Positions 61,319-64,000 of a stretch of 64,000 bases of DNA are shown piece by piece. Every line of letters begins with the position of its first letter. Positions within the stretch are counted from its first letter, which is position 1. Position numbers and translations under genes: made by a program. Source of the DNA: Octopus bimaculoides (taxonomy: Eukaryota). The notes below the pieces were generated by a model that was not told the DNA's origin, did no database searches, and was given only the letters and a program-made list of their open reading frames with translations. Location: the NCBI RefSeq assembly GCF_001194135.2, contig NC_068998.1:38768615-38832614 (forward strand), given 5' to 3'.

Positions 61319-62740
61319 TAAACTTTTGCATACTAACACCCTAATTATATGCAAATCCATTCTCACATCTTTCTATTGGCTATTAAAAATAAAATGTGTG
61401 TAGTACATCATATGAAAAGTGTAAAATTCCAAAAAATACCTCAATATGAAAAATATTTATTGCCCACTGAAACATGGATGTTCTGTTAGAACAAATTATA
61501 CTGCAGTAGATACCATGAGAGAAACTCTCTTATTGGCTTTTGATGTAAAATGCACTCTTGTTTATATCATTAGCAGGGAGATAAANNNNNNNNNNCCACC
61601 ACCACCACCAGTGATATATAAAATAACAGAGCCAAAACAGGCACTGGTGTCATGATTAACCAGTGAGCTTGTTGAAAAATTATATATGAGTGTCAGAGGC
61701 AGTATTAATATCAAGAGGTAATATTTATCCTCTTTTAAATGTGGATGTTCTGTTAGAACAAACTATACTGCGATAGTTATCATGAGAGAAACTCTTATAT
61801 TGGCTTCTGGTGCAAAATACACTCTTGTTTATATCATTAGTGGGGAGATAAATACCTGCCATCTCTTGTGCAAAGACAACCAGATCACATGATTTCAACT
61901 TTCTTTGGTCTTCTCAACTACTAGAGATAACAGTCATTCATCCCCTGCCAGTGCACATTCATAGAACCATGTATACTCTGTTTCCACAGAGAAAGACTTA
62001 ATATCTTGGAATATGAAGTAACCGGAGCAAGCATTTCAAAATTTAAAGCAAACTGTTTTGAATTTGAATTGAAAACATTTAGAAAATTGCATAAAAAAAA
62101 GAACTGAAATGATTGAGACTGTCTTCAATTAGACCCGTTTATGTTTCAATTTGTTAGTTTGTGTTGTTTTGACATCATTGACAGAGTTATCTGAAACTTC
62201 TCACTTGCAGTATTTGAAATATTACCGTGTTAACCATTTTAACAGCAACCTGCCTGGGGCAGCTTGTTTTTAAAGCATTCACATTTAAATTAAAACTTAA
62301 TATAATAATGTTATGTCAGAACCTTTTGTTAAATGATGTTTCAAACACCAGCTTAATAAAGACAATATCAATTATTTTACTAATTCCCTCCAGCTCATTG
62401 ATTAATTTCAAAATTAATTAAAACACATATATAGTGTTTGCTTTTTGATTTTTATCAGAAATATAATTACAAAATATTAAATGAAACAAAAGGAAAATTA
62501 AATTACTTTTATTGATGGTTAGCCTGGTATTGAACTCTGAATACTTGAGCTTATATCAAGGTGGAGTGAAGTAGTGTGCAGATGGATATAAAGAGCATGC
62601 AAAGAGGAGAAAGCTGAGAATATCAAAGCACATCAAAATACAAGGTGGGCCAAAAGTCATGCACAAAATAAGTTCAATATGCTCTGGAATTGTCAAAAAC
62701 ATTCTTCAGTTTTTCTAAAATTGAATAAAATAAATAAAAT

Positions 62741-62967
62741 AATTATTTACATTATTTACATTATTTACATTTGACGGATATTTGTCCTCATCTTGTTTGC
62801 TGTTAACACAACGTTTCGGCTGATATACCCTCCAGCCTTCTTCAGGTGACTTGGAAAATTTTGAATCTGGGTTCTCATTCCTAAGGTATTTTTCAATGTT
62901 ATTATTATTATTATCATTGAGGAGAAATATCCATCAAATATAAATAATGTAAATAATGTAAATAATT
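62741..62967 (-). mobile_element. 227-bp non-autonomous Penelope-type element with 50-bp inverted termini
   Basis: 62741-62790 vs 62918-62967 match 47/50 as reverse complements; internal hammerhead motif; body shared with 943-1010. Confidence 0.75.
62805..62850 (-). ncRNA. Minimal type I hammerhead ribozyme motif (Penelope-type, palindromic helix III)
   Basis: Minus RNA GUCAC-CUGAAGA-A-GGCUG-GAGGGUAUAU-CAGCC-GAAA-CG-UU/GUGUU: catalytic core, 5-bp helix II, GUU cleavage triplet, CAC/GUG helix I. Confidence 0.7.
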
Positions 62968-62974
62968 TCTTTCT

Positions 62975-63090
62975 TTTTATTCATTTATTTGTTTCAGTCA
63001 TTTGACTGCGGCCATGCTGGAGCACCGCCCTTAGTCAAGCAAATCGACCCCANNNNNNNNNNNNNNNNNNNNNNNNNNNNNNNNNNNNNN

Positions 63091-63135
<45 letters not shown>

Positions 63136-63298
63136 TACAACGGGCTTCTTTCAGTTTCCATCTACCAAATCCACTCACAAGGTTTTGGTTGGCCCGAGGC
63201 TATAGTAGAAGACACTTGGCCAAGGTGCCACACAGTGGGACTGAACCCGGAACCATGTGGTTGGTAAGCAAGCTACTTACCACATAGCCACTCCTGCA
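62975..63298 (-). mobile_element. SINE family A with an internal N-gap
   Basis: GTTTCAGTCATTTGACTGCGGCCATGCTGGAGCACCGCC ... CTACTTACCACATAGCC. Confidence 0.88.
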
Positions 63299-63699
63299 CT
63301 TGTTTATTTGTATTACGTCAGAAGTTAAAAACATTGCATGTAGGATGTGGGGAGTCAGTATTGACTCAACAGAGCTCTAATCAATCAGCTGACCGGAAAT
63401 ATGGGAAGGTTTGAGGGTGACAGAGGTTTTCGTAGGATAGGATGATGGGGTTGCATGCACAAACCTCTAACAACGCATAAACCAACCGTACACCTACATA
63501 CCAATCTCTCATTTCTCCTCCTCCCATCATCCCTTCTATGTCCACCACCACCACCACCACCACCACCCTCATGCCTCACACTAGCAATTTTGTTCCCACC
63601 ACCACCACCAACAACAACAACAATCTCCCACCCCAGAATGTCATTCCAAGAGAACAAACATGCCTTTGCATTTTTTTTCTGCCCCTTCTTTTCCTGCAG

Positions 63700-63803
63700 C
63701 TGTCAACTTGCTGCTGTTCAAGAGAACCATTAACCTCATCGACCCCACTTGGTCACAAAGGGCCCGTGAAGATCATGAGCATATCTTCAGACCAAACCAA
63801 TAA
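63700..63803 (+). CDS. Candidate terminal coding exon of an unidentified host gene (phase 1: [A]VNLLLFKRTINLIDPTWSQRAREDHEHIFRPNQ*)
   Basis: Strong acceptor TTTTTTTTCTGCCCCTTCTTTTCCTGCAG (AG at 63698-63699); non-repetitive, higher GC, CpGs retained; stop at 63801-63803 overlaps AATAAA; no homolog recognised. Confidence 0.35.
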
Positions 63804-63945
63804 AAGAGAAACCATAAACAGACACACCATTCCTGTACATCAACAGATAGATTAAGAGCATAACCAACACACGCCAATACACATGCAAACGTATATACAT
63901 CAATACACAGATCAACCATATATTCACATGCTCCAATGCACACGA

Positions 63946-63980
<35 letters not shown>

Positions 63981-64000
63981 TGTATATATATATATATATA

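Overview
Eukaryotic, AT-rich, CpG-depleted and extremely repeat-rich DNA, with about 4.1 kb in 12 N-gaps. The SINE repertoire and the microsatellite load ((TA)n, (CA)n, (TAA)n, (ATC)n, (TATG)n, (GATA)n) point to an octopus (coleoid cephalopod) genome; this is an inference. The SINEs are four tRNA-headed or RTE-tailed families, one carrying a Nin/Deu-like domain, labelled A-D here because published names could not be assigned safely. No intact host gene is recognisable, so the window is intronic or intergenic. The best host-exon candidate is a short terminal coding exon on + at 63700-63803. Almost all long ORFs in the track are microsatellite or N-gap artefacts, or decayed TE proteins. The TE proteins are R4/Dong-like and CRE-like RLE LINEs, RTE LINEs, a Penelope GIY-YIG fragment, mariner fragments and one full-length decayed maT/DD37D-like transposon. 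Most notable: (1) a small non-autonomous element with 50-bp inverted termini carrying a minimal Penelope-type hammerhead ribozyme (62741-62967); a second copy (943-1207) has a tRNA-like Pol III head, suggesting a tRNA-headed, ribozyme-bearing element that may use Penelope machinery; (2) three same-strand copies of a module with a signal-peptide-like exon and a conserved GTAAGA donor (29.3-37.1 kb); (3) a near-perfect 536-bp mariner foldback; (4) a (TAA)n-nucleated hotspot of Dong-like LINEs and SINEs; (5) several tight inverted SINE pairs able to form dsRNA. Repeat boundaries were set by eye and are approximate unless a TSD or TIR is quoted.
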